From NCBI GenBank assembly GCA_038231135.1, contig JBBRLX010000004.1:128001-192000 (forward strand): a DNA stretch of 64,000 bases, read 5' to 3'. This stretch comes from Candidatus Eiseniibacteriota bacterium. GTDB lineage: Bacteria > Eisenbacteria > RBG-16-71-46. Position numbers and translations under genes: made by a program. Below are positions 9,529-19,266 of the stretch, piece by piece (the first letter of the stretch is position 1; every line of letters starts with the position of its first letter). The notes below the pieces were generated by a model. The model saw only the letters and a program-made list of their open reading frames with translations. It ran no database searches and was not told where the DNA came from.

Positions 9529-11873
9529 ATCCCCGGCTCGAGGCGGTGGCCGAAGTCGAGGCTCGTCGTGTGCCTGCCGGCCTCGAGCGACCCGAGCGGC
9601 GCCCGCCACCGCCGGCGGCCGGCGAGATCGACCAGCTCGAGCGCCGCCGGCACCGGTCCGGCGACCGAGAATTCCACCGTGAGCTGGCCCCGGCAGGGAT
9701 TCGGCCGCAGCGCGTCGAGCCGCGCCATCGCCACGGGCAGCGTGCGCGGATCGTCCGCCAGCGCGTGCTGGGCCATCACCACGTCGGGGTCGCCGTCGCG
9801 GCCGTCCGCCCAGGCCACCGTCACGTTTGCCGCATCCGCGAACAGGGAAATGTAGTCGCCCTGATTCGGCGCCACGAGGCTGGCCACGTCGGACCAGCTG
9901 GTCTGCTCGTCGCTGACCGGAACCCCGGGCAGCCACGACGCGCCGCCGGTCTCCGAGCGGGCGAGGTACACGTTCGACCAGCCGCCGCACGTCACGTCGG
10001 TCCGGTCGCGCCAGTCGTACCAGGCGGCGTACACGCGGCCATCGGCGGCCACCGCCACCTCGGGCAGCCAGTCGTCGAACCAGCCGGGGTCGTCGTTCAC
10101 GCGCACCGGCGTCCCCCACCCCTGGTGGGGATCGCGCGCCGCCACGAACACGTCGCGCTGATCGCGTGCGCGGCCCGCGCCATTCGTGACCCGGCCGGTG
10201 CGCAACCGATAGCCGCCCTGGGTCGACCCGACCGAGGCGAGCCGCACGTAGTAGATGTCGGAACGCGGCAGCGTGAGCACCGTCACGCGGGGCCGGCCGG
10301 CCCACACCGGTGAACTGAACGCCAGCCGGGTCTCGCCATCGGAGCACAGGATGCGCAGGGTGGCGTTGAGGTTGGTGGCGAGCGAATCGAGGTACAGCAG
10401 CACGGTCTCCCCGCGCGTGCCGAAGAACCGGAACATGTCGACGTCGTCGCCGGCGTCGATCGCGCCGCGCAGCGTCTCGCCCGGATTGAACGGGGTGGCG
10501 GACGGCGGCAGCGCGTTCGGTTCGCGTTCGAATCGCGGATTGCTGTCGCCCGGGGCGGAATGCAGGAAGTCCAGCGATTCGTTCCACGTCACATAGGCCC
10601 GGCCGCGATACGGCCCCGTGCTGCGATCCACCGCGATGCCCGGGAACACCAGGCCGTAGCCGCGGTTGAATCCCGGACCGCCGCTCGTGAAATTCGAGAA
10701 CAGGCTCGCGGCGTTCTCCTCGCTCGCGAACGACCTCCCGCCGTCGTGCGAGTCGCGGAACCGGATCCAGTCGTGCCCGCCCGACGCCTCGGTCGTATCG
10801 ACCGCGTTCCACGCCACGCACACCTCGCCGTCCGGTCCCACGGCCGGGCGCGAGCCCTGGACCAGCCCGAGGTCGGTGCGCGACGACAGCACCCGCGGCG
10901 GCTCCCAGCTCCGGCCGCCGTCGAGCGAGCGCTGGAACTCGATCTGATCCACCTGGGTGCGGCCGATCGAGAAGAACGTCGTGTAGGTCATGTACATGCG
11001 CCCGGTGGCGGAGTCGGCGACCGCCCACGGCTTGTCGGGCAGCGTGTCGCGCACCGCCCGCGCCACGACCGGCGCCGTCCACGTGAAGCCGGTCCCCGTG
11101 CTGTCGAAGCGTCCCGACAGCACACCGATCGCGCTCTGCGCATGCGGCGTGATCGCCATCGCGACGAGATGGAACGTGCCGGTGTGCGCATCGATCGTCA
11201 CCACCGGGTCGCTCACCCAGTGCTGCACCGCGGAGTTCACGGGCAGCGAGCCCGCGTCGGTCCAGGTGTTGCCGCCGTCCGCCGACCAGCCCCAGCCGAT
11301 GGGTCCGTCGCCTGCATCCTCGGCGTCGTTCCAGCCGGCGACCATGCGGCTGCCGAGCACCGCGAGCGACACCTCGGCCTGCGTGGAGCCGGGCAGCTGG
11401 TCGGTTCTGGGATCGTTCATCCGGTGATTCACCGGCGCGTCCATCCGCGCCAGCGCATGCGCGCGGGCCCTGGACCGCGCCGCGCCCTGCGGTCCGCCGG
11501 CTTCCAGAATATCGGGTGGCCGGTCCTGCCGCTCGCCGCGCGTTCCGGCGCCGCGGCTCACGGCCCCGGCGGCCGGGCCTGAGTTCCGTGCATGGCGGGG
11601 ACGGCGGGTGCGCTCGCGCGCCAGCTCCGCGCGCTCCGCGCGGGCGCCGGCGTGAATCTCCTCGTATTCGAGGCGCTTGAGCTCGCGGCGGAATTCCACG
11701 GCCGCCGTCGACTCCGTGGCGGCGCCTGCCGTGCGCGCGACCGGCAGCGCCGCGGCCGCCCCGAGCAGCGCCGCCAGCGCGAGGCACGCCCGCCGTGCCT
11801 CAGGACTCGCGCGCCTGCTGCCACATCGCATCGACTGCCTCCTCCCCAGCATCCTGCCCAGGGTCACCCTCAC
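9465..11873 (-). CDS. Secreted BNR/Asp-box (sialidase-like) beta-propeller with inserted PPC-like domain and C-terminal sorting domain
   Basis: Asp-boxes SADGGNTW, SLDGGRSW, SHDGGRSF, SETGGASW. EREPN…DDVDMFRF PPC-like insert. C-terminal PNP…LELVDLAGR…PGIYWVRL…RKVVVLP. Start codon uncertain. Confidence 0.8.
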   Translation of the reverse strand: MRVTLGRMLGRRQSMRCGSRRASPEARRACLALAALLGAAAALPVARTAGAATESTAAVEFRRELKRLEYEEIHAGARAERAELARERTRRPRHARNSGPAAGAVSRGAGTRGERQDRPPDILEAGGPQGAARSRARAHALARMDAPVNHRMNDPRTDQLPGSTQAEVSLAVLGSRMVAGWNDAEDAGDGPIGWGWSADGGNTWTDAGSLPVNSAVQHWVSDPVVTIDAHTGTFHLVAMAITPHAQSAIGVLSGRFDSTGTGFTWTAPVVARAVRDTLPDKPWAVADSATGRMYMTYTTFFSIGRTQVDQIEFQRSLDGGRSWEPPRVLSSRTDLGLVQGSRPAVGPDGEVCVAWNAVDTTEASGGHDWIRFRDSHDGGRSFASEENAASLFSNFTSGGPGFNRGYGLVFPGIAVDRSTGPYRGRAYVTWNESLDFLHSAPGDSNPRFEREPNALPPSATPFNPGETLRGAIDAGDDVDMFRFFGTRGETVLLYLDSLATNLNATLRILCSDGETRLAFSSPVWAGRPRVTVLTLPRSDIYYVRLASVGSTQGGYRLRTGRVTNGAGRARDQRDVFVAARDPHQGWGTPVRVNDDPGWFDDWLPEVAVAADGRVYAAWYDWRDRTDVTCGGWSNVYLARSETGGASWLPGVPVSDEQTSWSDVASLVAPNQGDYISLFADAANVTVAWADGRDGDPDVVMAQHALADDPRTLPVAMARLDALRPNPCRGQLTVEFSVAGPVPAALELVDLAGRRRWRAPLGSLEAGRHTTSLDFGHRLEPGIYWVRLVAGAGAAVRKVVVLP

Positions 11874-11876
11874 CGG

Positions 11877-14663
11877 TCAGAAATTGAATCCGATGCTGAA
11901 CTGCCGGCGCGACTGCGCCGGATAGTTCCGGAAGTCCGTCGTCGGCCAGCTGAAGTTCCAGCGGATCGCCGGATAGTACCCGCCACCGATGTAGATGCCG
12001 GCGCCGATGCTGCCGGCGTGGTCCTCGATGCCCTGGTCCCACACCCACGCGGCATCCGCGTACACCGCGCCGCCGATCATCGGCAGCTGCCACGGCGAGG
12101 GCACCGCGAGCGTCAGCCCGCGCACCAGCGGAAACCGGATCTCCTCCTGCGCCAGCACCGTGTGGCGGCCGAAGAAGCTGTGCCGATCATACCCGCGCAA
12201 CGAATACGGGCCACCGAGAAAGAAGAACTGCGCATCGCGTCCGGCACTCGACTGACCCTGAACTCGAAGCGCCGAGACGATATGCGGCAGCGGCATCATG
12301 TAGGTTCGCGCCTCGGCCAGCAGCGTGGTGAAATCGCCGGTGCCGCCCGACAGGTCGCGCGTGAAGCCGCCCGACAGATACAGGCGCGAACCGCCGCTCG
12401 GACCCATCCACGTCCAGCGTGCGTTGTCGTGGATGTACGACACGAAGTGCGACGCGAGATCCACGTCGCGGATGTCGCCGTTGCGCAGCAGGTGGTCCTT
12501 CGCGTGGCGCACGAGGATCGTGCTCTCAACCCGGTTGAACTTGTCGAACGGGTAGATAAGCACGCCCTCGCCGCCGACCCGCGGTTCGCGCCGGACCTGG
12601 TCGAGGTTCTCGTCGTAGAGCTCCGTCAGCCGGAAGCCCCCGAGACCCCAGTTGAGCCGGCGGGCGCGATTGATGTACGTCAGCCCGCCCTCGAAGCCGT
12701 CCCAGAAATCGCCGAACCGCTCGGAGTCGTTACCGAGGTAGATGTACACCTCCTCGTTGCCGAGCACGTCGCTCAGCGCGACCTGGCCGCCGGGATCCGC
12801 GCCGCCCAGCGCGGGGTCGTACGCGATCGCGCTCTGCACGAGGTCGAAGCCGAGCCGGCGCTCATAGCGCGCGGTGGGGCCCGGGTAGCTCGTGGTGGGA
12901 AGCACCGGGACGCGCACCGACGGATGCTCCTGCTCCACGGCCAGCGATTCCGGTTTCACGACGATGCGGTAGGTCTGGAACGTCACCTCGTTCTCGGCGG
13001 TGAACAACAGCCCCGAGCCGTCCGCGAGCCAGTCGGGATCCGACGCCGGTCCGAGCAGCCGCGTGATCCGCCGCGCCTCGAACCCGGGCCCGAACGGCCG
13101 CAGCCACAGATCGCTGGTACCGCCGCGCGTCGAGCGATAGGCGATCCAGCGGCCGTCGGGCGACACGGCGGGCTGCCGGTCGTCGCCCGAATCGGGGTGG
13201 CTGACCTCCTCGGGCGCCCCGCCGTCGAGCGACAGCCGGAACAGCGAATACCGCCCGGCGCGGTCGCCGCGATCGGACGCGAACACCACCCAGCGTCCGT
13301 CGGCGCTCACGTCGGGCTCGATGTCGTCGTAGTCGTCGCGCGTGAGCCGGTCGAGCCGCAGCGTGCCGGTGCCCCACCGCGCCCGGTAGAGATCGCTGCG
13401 GCCACCGAAGTCCTGCGCCGAGAACACCGCGGCGGTATCGCCCGGCACCAGCGCCGGATCGTGGAACGCCACGAGACCCGGGAACTGGAACGTGTGCACC
13501 ACGCGTTCCCGCGCGGGATCGACGATCAGCAGCGCGTCACGGCTCCCCTGCTTCGACGACAGCGCGATCATCCCCGTCGCCGAAGCGTCGGGCCGGTTCA
13601 GGAACAGGTGGAACGATTCGAACGACGGCGACTGACCGGCGCGGAGGACGCGCGTGTCGTGGCGCCGGCCGTCCCGGCCGGTCGCGCTCACGATCAGGTC
13701 GGTACCACCCTCGGTGGCCGAGAAGTAGCAGAACCGCACCAGCGAGTCGGTCGAGCCCGCGGACGGCAGCACGCGCGGCCCCAGATTGTAGGGGCCGTGA
13801 TGCGTGAGGCGCGTGGCGACGTCCGCGGGGGCGGTGGCAGTCGCGACCACCGGATAGTAGCGGCGGCGCTGCGCGGCGAACCATTCGTCGTCCATCTGCT
13901 GCAGCGTCACGCCATAGGTGATGCGGAATGTGGTCTCGAAGTCCTCGGCCCGGTACCAGTTGTCCATCAGGTCGAAGATCTTGGCGTCGCCGAACCGGTC
14001 GGCGATCCACAACAGAAATGACTGGCCCTCCTTGTACATGAGCACGCTGCCCGCGATCGCGTCGCTGCGCGTGAGCGGCAGCGCCTCGCCCGACAGCACG
14101 GCGTCGCGCAGCAGGCCCTCCGCGTCGGCATCCCAGTGCGTGCCGCAGTACTCCGCCAGCCCTTCGACGAACCACAGCGGGGGCATGTAGTTCTGCGTGC
14201 GGTGGTGCTCGCGCATCACGCGCGACAGCTTCTCCAGCATGTACGCGTGCGTGAGCTCGTGCCGCGTCACCCAGCGCAGCCGGTACCACGACCCGGTGTG
14301 CGGCAGCAGCACGCGGCCCTTGATGAGCTCGGTGAGGCCGCCCGTGCCCTCGGAGATCAGGCCGGGTGTGGCGTTGCTCTGCTGGAACAGCGCCGGGGCC
14401 GAATACAGCAGGAACGGGATCCGGCGACGGGGCTCCATGCGAAACCGCCCGTCGTACTCGTCGCACACGCTGTCGGCGAACACGATCAGGTGGCGGGCGA
14501 GGCTCTCCTCCTGGGCGTGGTAGTGCAGCCGCAGGTGGCGGGTCTGGAGCACGGACCAGTCCAGCGGCGCGTACTGAACCTTGTTCTGGCCGAACCCCTG
14601 CGCCACGGCCGCTCCGGGCGGCGACAGCACGGCGAGCGCGAGCGTGCCGAGCGTTCCGAGCAC
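11877..14663 (-). CDS. Peptidase MA-like + TolB/PD40 propeller + Omp85/BamA-type barrel fusion
   Basis: Signal peptide then FGQNKVQY. HELTH and WFVEGLAEY zinc-peptidase motifs; PD40 repeats (PDVSADGRW, PAVSPDGRW); LGG..SLRGY and terminal FSIGFNF. Confidence 0.88.
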   Translation of the reverse strand: MLGTLGTLALAVLSPPGAAVAQGFGQNKVQYAPLDWSVLQTRHLRLHYHAQEESLARHLIVFADSVCDEYDGRFRMEPRRRIPFLLYSAPALFQQSNATPGLISEGTGGLTELIKGRVLLPHTGSWYRLRWVTRHELTHAYMLEKLSRVMREHHRTQNYMPPLWFVEGLAEYCGTHWDADAEGLLRDAVLSGEALPLTRSDAIAGSVLMYKEGQSFLLWIADRFGDAKIFDLMDNWYRAEDFETTFRITYGVTLQQMDDEWFAAQRRRYYPVVATATAPADVATRLTHHGPYNLGPRVLPSAGSTDSLVRFCYFSATEGGTDLIVSATGRDGRRHDTRVLRAGQSPSFESFHLFLNRPDASATGMIALSSKQGSRDALLIVDPARERVVHTFQFPGLVAFHDPALVPGDTAAVFSAQDFGGRSDLYRARWGTGTLRLDRLTRDDYDDIEPDVSADGRWVVFASDRGDRAGRYSLFRLSLDGGAPEEVSHPDSGDDRQPAVSPDGRWIAYRSTRGGTSDLWLRPFGPGFEARRITRLLGPASDPDWLADGSGLLFTAENEVTFQTYRIVVKPESLAVEQEHPSVRVPVLPTTSYPGPTARYERRLGFDLVQSAIAYDPALGGADPGGQVALSDVLGNEEVYIYLGNDSERFGDFWDGFEGGLTYINRARRLNWGLGGFRLTELYDENLDQVRREPRVGGEGVLIYPFDKFNRVESTILVRHAKDHLLRNGDIRDVDLASHFVSYIHDNARWTWMGPSGGSRLYLSGGFTRDLSGGTGDFTTLLAEARTYMMPLPHIVSALRVQGQSSAGRDAQFFFLGGPYSLRGYDRHSFFGRHTVLAQEEIRFPLVRGLTLAVPSPWQLPMIGGAVYADAAWVWDQGIEDHAGSIGAGIYIGGGYYPAIRWNFSWPTTDFRNYPAQSRRQFSIGFNF

Positions 14664-14767
14664 GAACAGGATCGGGCGAAACGACGGACGGGTTCTGCGG
14701 ATGACGACTCCTCGGGGGCCTTAGCAGTGCGGTGGCCGGTTCCGATCCTCCAGGCACGGAGGAACTC

Positions 14768-15542
14768 CTAAATGTGGCTCCCGGTCACGACATCCTCCAA
14801 ATGATAGATCCCCGGCGCCGCGCGCGCCACGAACCTCACCGCCGCCAGCACCCCGTGGGCGAACGCGGAGCGGTCCTGCGCCACGTGGCGCAACTCGAGC
14901 CACTCGCCCTCGCCGGCGATCAGCACCGTGTGGTCGCCCACCCAGGTGCCGCCGCGCACGGCATGCAGGCCCAGCTCGTGATCGGTGCGCGCCCCCGTAT
15001 GGCCGGCCCGCCCATGGCGGAACGCGTCGTCGGTCCAGCCGCGCAGGCCCGTGACGTCGCGCGCCAGCGCCAGCGCCGTGCCCGACGGGGCGTCGGCCTT
15101 GCCGCGATGATGCCGCTCCACGATCTCGACGTCCCAGCCCGGGGGCAGCGACGCCAGCGCCGCCCGGACCGCGCGGCGCAGCGCGAGCACGCCGAGGCTG
15201 AAATTCGCCGACCGCAGCACCGCCCGCCGCTCCGCGAGCCGGGCGAGCGCGGCCTCGTGCGATTCGCCGAGGCCGGTGGTGCCGGTCACCAGCGCGGCGC
15301 CGCTGTCCTCGCACAGCCGGCACGCGGCGAGCGTGCCCTCGGGCGAGCTGAAGTCCACGACCACGTCGCCGGGCCCCGCGGGCTGGGGACGCCGCGCCGC
15401 CGGACGCGGGCCCTCCCGCCGCGGCGGGCACGGCGGCGCGGTCGATCCGGGCCTTGATTCGCACGTCGGCGGCGTCCGCCGCCGCGCGATCGACCGCCAC
15501 CCCCATGCGGCCGTTGGCGCCCAACAGGATCAGCGCAATCAT
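14768..15542 (-). pseudogene. dapB: 4-hydroxy-tetrahydrodipicolinate reductase, frameshifted in this sequence
   Basis: The N-terminus (MIALILLGANGRMG) is in one frame. VVDFS, GTTG, SANFSLG, EIVERHHRGKADAPSGTA and RHVAQDRSAFAHG are in another. Span 775 nt = 3n+1. Confidence 0.85.
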
Positions 15543-15552
15543 GCCGCGCGGC

Positions 15553-16446
15553 TCACCGGCGCGCGGGCGCGGGCGCGCCGATCTTGATGCCCGCCGCCTT
15601 CGCCGCGGCGAGGATCGCCTCCGCCGTCGCCGGCTCCACGGGCACCAGCGGCAGGCGCAGCTCGTTCGCGATCACCTGCATCGCCGACAGCAGGTACTTG
15701 GCGGGCCCGGGATTCGACTCGAGGAACAGCGCCTTGAACAGCGGCTGCAGCAGGCGGTGCACCGCCGCCGCCTCGGTGATCCGCCCGGCGCGGGCGTGAT
15801 CGGTGAGCGTGCGCATCTCGCGCGGCGCCACGTTGCCGGCCACCGAGATCACGCCCTTCGCGCCGACCGCGATCATCGGCAGCGTGAGCGAATCGTCGCC
15901 GCACAGCAGCGTGAGGCGCGGATTCGCGGCGATCAGGCTGGCCTGGTCGAGGCTGCCCGACGCCTCCTTGACCGCGACGATGTTCGGCATGTCCGCGACG
16001 CGGTCGAACGTGTCGGGCAGCGTGTTCGTGGCGGTGCGGCCGGGCACGTTGTAGAGCACGAGCGGCAGCCGGGTGCTCGCCGCCACCGCCTTGAAGTGCG
16101 CGATCTGCCCCTTCGGCGTCGGCTTGTTGTAGTAGGGCGTCACCACCATCGCGCCGTCCATCCCCAGATCCTCGGCCATGTGCGTCAGCGTGATGCTGTC
16201 GGCGGTGGCGTTCGTGCCGGTGCCCGCGATCACCGGGATCCGCCGCTTCACCTGGTCACGGACGAACGCCCACAGCGTGCGGCGCTCCTCGACCGTGCAG
16301 GTCGCGGCCTCGCCGGTCGACCCCGACACGACGAGCCCCTCGACGCCGCCCTCGATCATGAACTCGACGAGCTGTGCGGTGTCATCCAGATCGAGTGCGC
16401 CGTTCCTGAACGGCGTCACCATCGCCACGGTCAGTCCTTCGAACAT
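15553..16446 (-). CDS. dapA: 4-hydroxy-tetrahydrodipicolinate synthase
   Basis: AMVTPF, GSTGE, PYYNKP, LYNVPGRT, VKEASG; GGAGGAG RBS. Confidence 0.97.
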   Translation of the reverse strand: MFEGLTVAMVTPFRNGALDLDDTAQLVEFMIEGGVEGLVVSGSTGEAATCTVEERRTLWAFVRDQVKRRIPVIAGTGTNATADSITLTHMAEDLGMDGAMVVTPYYNKPTPKGQIAHFKAVAASTRLPLVLYNVPGRTATNTLPDTFDRVADMPNIVAVKEASGSLDQASLIAANPRLTLLCGDDSLTLPMIAVGAKGVISVAGNVAPREMRTLTDHARAGRITEAAAVHRLLQPLFKALFLESNPGPAKYLLSAMQVIANELRLPLVPVEPATAEAILAAAKAAGIKIGAPAPARR

Positions 16447-17279
16447 GATGGCTCCTCCCCTGCGGCGCCAGGATTCCAGCAGCCGGTGAATGCGATTTCC
16501 GCGGGCCCTGCCAGACTCACGTCCCAGCCGTCGGCCATGGTCTCGAACGAAACCTCCAGCTCGTCTCCGCCTGCCGTGATCACGCGTACCGGCGACTCGT
16601 GGCCGCCGGCGGCGGCCCACAGCGCCGACGCGATGGCGCCGCTGCCGCACGCCAGCGTCTCACCCTCCACCCCGCGTTCCCAGGTGCGCATCGCGATCGC
16701 GGGTCCGTCCACCGACGACACGAAGTCCACGTTCGCACCCTCCGGACCGAGCCCGGGATGGCTGCGCAAGCCCGGCGCCCAGTGCGCGAGCGGCACGTCC
16801 GCGACGCGCTCGACCGCGGTGACGAAGTGCGGCACCCCGGCCTGGATCACGCGGCCTTCGAACGCGCGGCCGCCGACCGTGAGTGACACCGGGCCGGCCG
16901 GGCGGTCGACCACGCCGAAGTGGACCTCGACCAGGCCATCGTCCCGGCGATGGGCATCCTGGACGCCGGCCGCGCTGCGGAATCGCACGGTGCCGGCGTG
17001 GCCAAGGCCCAGATCCAGCGCAAGCCGCGCCACGCAGCGGGCGCCGTTGCCGCAATAGTCCGCCGCGCCGCCGTCCGAGTTGAAGTAGCTCATCGCGAAA
17101 TCCAGCTCCGGATCGGGCTCGATCAGCAGCACGCCGTCCGCCCCCACGCCGCGCCTGCGGTCGCACAACCGCGCCACGGTCTCGCGCCGGGCGGCGCCCT
17201 CGGGCAGGCGGCGTTCACGGTGGTCGATCACGACGAAATCGTTCGCCGCTCCGTGCATCTTCCAGAACGGAATCGGCAT
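16431..17279 (-). CDS. dapF: Diaminopimelate epimerase
   Basis: FWKMHGAANDF, CGNGARC, GVPHFV, RTWERGVEGETLACGSG. Confidence 0.96.
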   Translation of the reverse strand: MPIPFWKMHGAANDFVVIDHRERRLPEGAARRETVARLCDRRRGVGADGVLLIEPDPELDFAMSYFNSDGGAADYCGNGARCVARLALDLGLGHAGTVRFRSAAGVQDAHRRDDGLVEVHFGVVDRPAGPVSLTVGGRAFEGRVIQAGVPHFVTAVERVADVPLAHWAPGLRSHPGLGPEGANVDFVSSVDGPAIAMRTWERGVEGETLACGSGAIASALWAAAGGHESPVRVITAGGDELEVSFETMADGWDVSLAGPAEIAFTGCWNPGAAGEEPSCSKD

Positions 17280-17283
17280 CACG

Positions 17284-18366
17284 TCACGGGCCCCCGCGTG
17301 TCCTGCGGATCCTGAGTTCGATATCGGTGACACTGGCGGCCGGCGCCACGTCGAGCGGCAGCGGCGGGCTCGCGCGTTCCTTGGCCGGCTGCCAGATACG
17401 ATCGCCGTCGAGATCGCGGAACGCACGCACCTGCCAGGCGCCGGCATCGAGACGCAGCGAGAAGCTGTGGTCGTTCGCGGTCTCCACCAGCACCTTGTGC
17501 GTGCTGTCCGTCACCGAAGTCGCGATCACGTGGAGCACTCCGCTGCTGTCCGTGACCGAGTCTAGCACAGTGCCCGACACCGTCGCGGGCGAGCGCGGGT
17601 TCACGACCAGCAGCCGGATGTCGCGCGCCTCCGGCGCCTCGGCCGTCAGCTCGAACGTGGTGTCGATCGGCGCGAGCACGTCGGTCCGGGGCTCGAACGA
17701 GCGGTTGCCGTTGAGGTCGGCGAACGCCCACAGCCGGTAGCGGCCCGGCACCGCGAGCCCCGAGACCTGGAATTCTCCGTCGTCCTCCGCGAGCCCCAGC
17801 GCGTCGAAGTCCCGCGCCGAGCTGTCCGGCTTGTGGCCGCGTCCCAGGTCGTAGCACCAGATGTAGCTGCCGCCGGCGGCGAATCCGCGCGCCTCGAGCC
17901 GGCCGGTGATCGCCCCCGGCGGGAACTTGGGGCCGGTGCTGAACACCACCACGCGGCCGGTGCCATAGGTGTTGCCGTGCCGGTCGCGGGCGGTGCCCGA
18001 CACGATCATCGAATACGTATGGTTGTGGCGCAGGGTGTCGCCGAACACCAGCGTGAGCGTGCGACCGCTCCAGCGCCGCTGCCGGATCTCGACGGGCGGC
18101 GCGATCGAGACCGCCTCGCCCGTGGACTTGGGTTCCATGCCCTCGCTGAACGTCAGCGTCGGGCGCACGTCGACGGGCACGTTCGCGGCGGCCGAATCCG
18201 GATGCGACGACACCACGCGCGGGGATTCGATGTCGGGCGGGCCGCCCGACGGCGGCTCCTTCTTGGCGCAGGCGCCGAGCGCCAGCAGCATCGCGGCGGC
18301 CGCGACGCGGCGCGCGCCGGAGCCCGCGTGCCTACGCACGCCGGAATCCCGCGTGCTCACGCACAC
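17284..18366 (-). CDS. Ig-like (Big_5) domain lipoprotein
   Basis: LALGAC lipobox followed by AKKEPPSGGPPD..P.V, LTFSE and D.NGN motifs. Start uncertain. Confidence 0.8.
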   Translation of the reverse strand: MCVSTRDSGVRRHAGSGARRVAAAAMLLALGACAKKEPPSGGPPDIESPRVVSSHPDSAAANVPVDVRPTLTFSEGMEPKSTGEAVSIAPPVEIRQRRWSGRTLTLVFGDTLRHNHTYSMIVSGTARDRHGNTYGTGRVVVFSTGPKFPPGAITGRLEARGFAAGGSYIWCYDLGRGHKPDSSARDFDALGLAEDDGEFQVSGLAVPGRYRLWAFADLNGNRSFEPRTDVLAPIDTTFELTAEAPEARDIRLLVVNPRSPATVSGTVLDSVTDSSGVLHVIATSVTDSTHKVLVETANDHSFSLRLDAGAWQVRAFRDLDGDRIWQPAKERASPPLPLDVAPAASVTDIELRIRRTRGGP

Positions 18367-18372
18367 CGGTGC

Positions 18373-19266
18373 TCACGCACGCGGATGCGCCTGGTCGTAC
18401 GCCTTCTGCAACCGCGCGCGCGACACGTGCGTGTAGATCTGCGTGGTGCCGAGCGACGCGTGCCCGAGCAGCTCCTGGATCGAGCGCAGATCGGCGCCGC
18501 GGTCGAGCAGGTGGCTCGCGAACGAATGCCGCAGTGCGTGCGGCGAGACGCCGAGTGTCGCCGCGACCCCGGCGAGCCGGCGCTGCACGATGCGCTGGAA
18601 CGTGCGGCCCGACAGCCGCCGCCCGCGGCGGTTCACGAACACCGGCGCCGCGGGGTCGCGCGACGGGCGGATCGTGGCGTCACACCACGCGAGCCAGCGC
18701 TGGACAGCGCCGACGGCCGCCTGGCCGACCGGCACCACGCGCTGCTTGCGGCCCTTGCCGCGCACGCGCACCAGCCCGGCCGCCGCCTGGAAGTCGCCGC
18801 GGTCGACGCCCACCAGCTCGGACAGCCTGAGCCCCGACGAATACGCGAGCTCGAGCATCGCGCGATCGCGGATCGAGTCGGGATCGTCGCCGTTCACGCG
18901 ATCGAGCGCGTCGTTCAGCGCGATCGACGGCAGCGTGCGGGGCAGCCGCGCGCCGAGCGTCGGGAACGCGATCGCCCGCGACGGATCGGACGCGATCACG
19001 CCGCGCCGCACGCAGAACCGCGAGAAGCTCCGCCACGCGGCCAGGGCACGGGCCGCCGTGGCGGCGGAGCGCTGCCGCTGGTGCATCGCGCGCAGCGCGC
19101 CCTCGAGCAGCTCGCGGGTCCAGCGCTCGGGCGCGACGGCGGCACCCGGGGCACCCGCGCGATCCAGCACCGCCGTGATGTCGCGGGCGTAGGCCGTCAG
19201 CGTGTGCGGGCTGGCGCGGCGGATCGCCGACAGCTCGTCGAGGAACCCCTCAAGCGCTGCGCGCAC
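18373..19266 (-). CDS. xerC: Tyrosine recombinase XerC-like
   Basis: SPHTLTAY, YSSGLRLSEL, GKGRKQR, SPHALRHSFASHLL, LLGHASLGTTQIYTH, YDQAHPRA. Directly downstream of topA, a common synteny. Confidence 0.92.
   Translation of the reverse strand: MRAALEGFLDELSAIRRASPHTLTAYARDITAVLDRAGAPGAAVAPERWTRELLEGALRAMHQRQRSAATAARALAAWRSFSRFCVRRGVIASDPSRAIAFPTLGARLPRTLPSIALNDALDRVNGDDPDSIRDRAMLELAYSSGLRLSELVGVDRGDFQAAAGLVRVRGKGRKQRVVPVGQAAVGAVQRWLAWCDATIRPSRDPAAPVFVNRRGRRLSGRTFQRIVQRRLAGVAATLGVSPHALRHSFASHLLDRGADLRSIQELLGHASLGTTQIYTHVSRARLQKAYDQAHPRA

Noticed and set aside
4539..19266. Two tyrosine recombinases as integrases bounding a mobile element
   Set aside because: Both look like housekeeping XerD and XerC in typical contexts. 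The enclosed genes are core genes, and no att repeats or dif-like site were seen.
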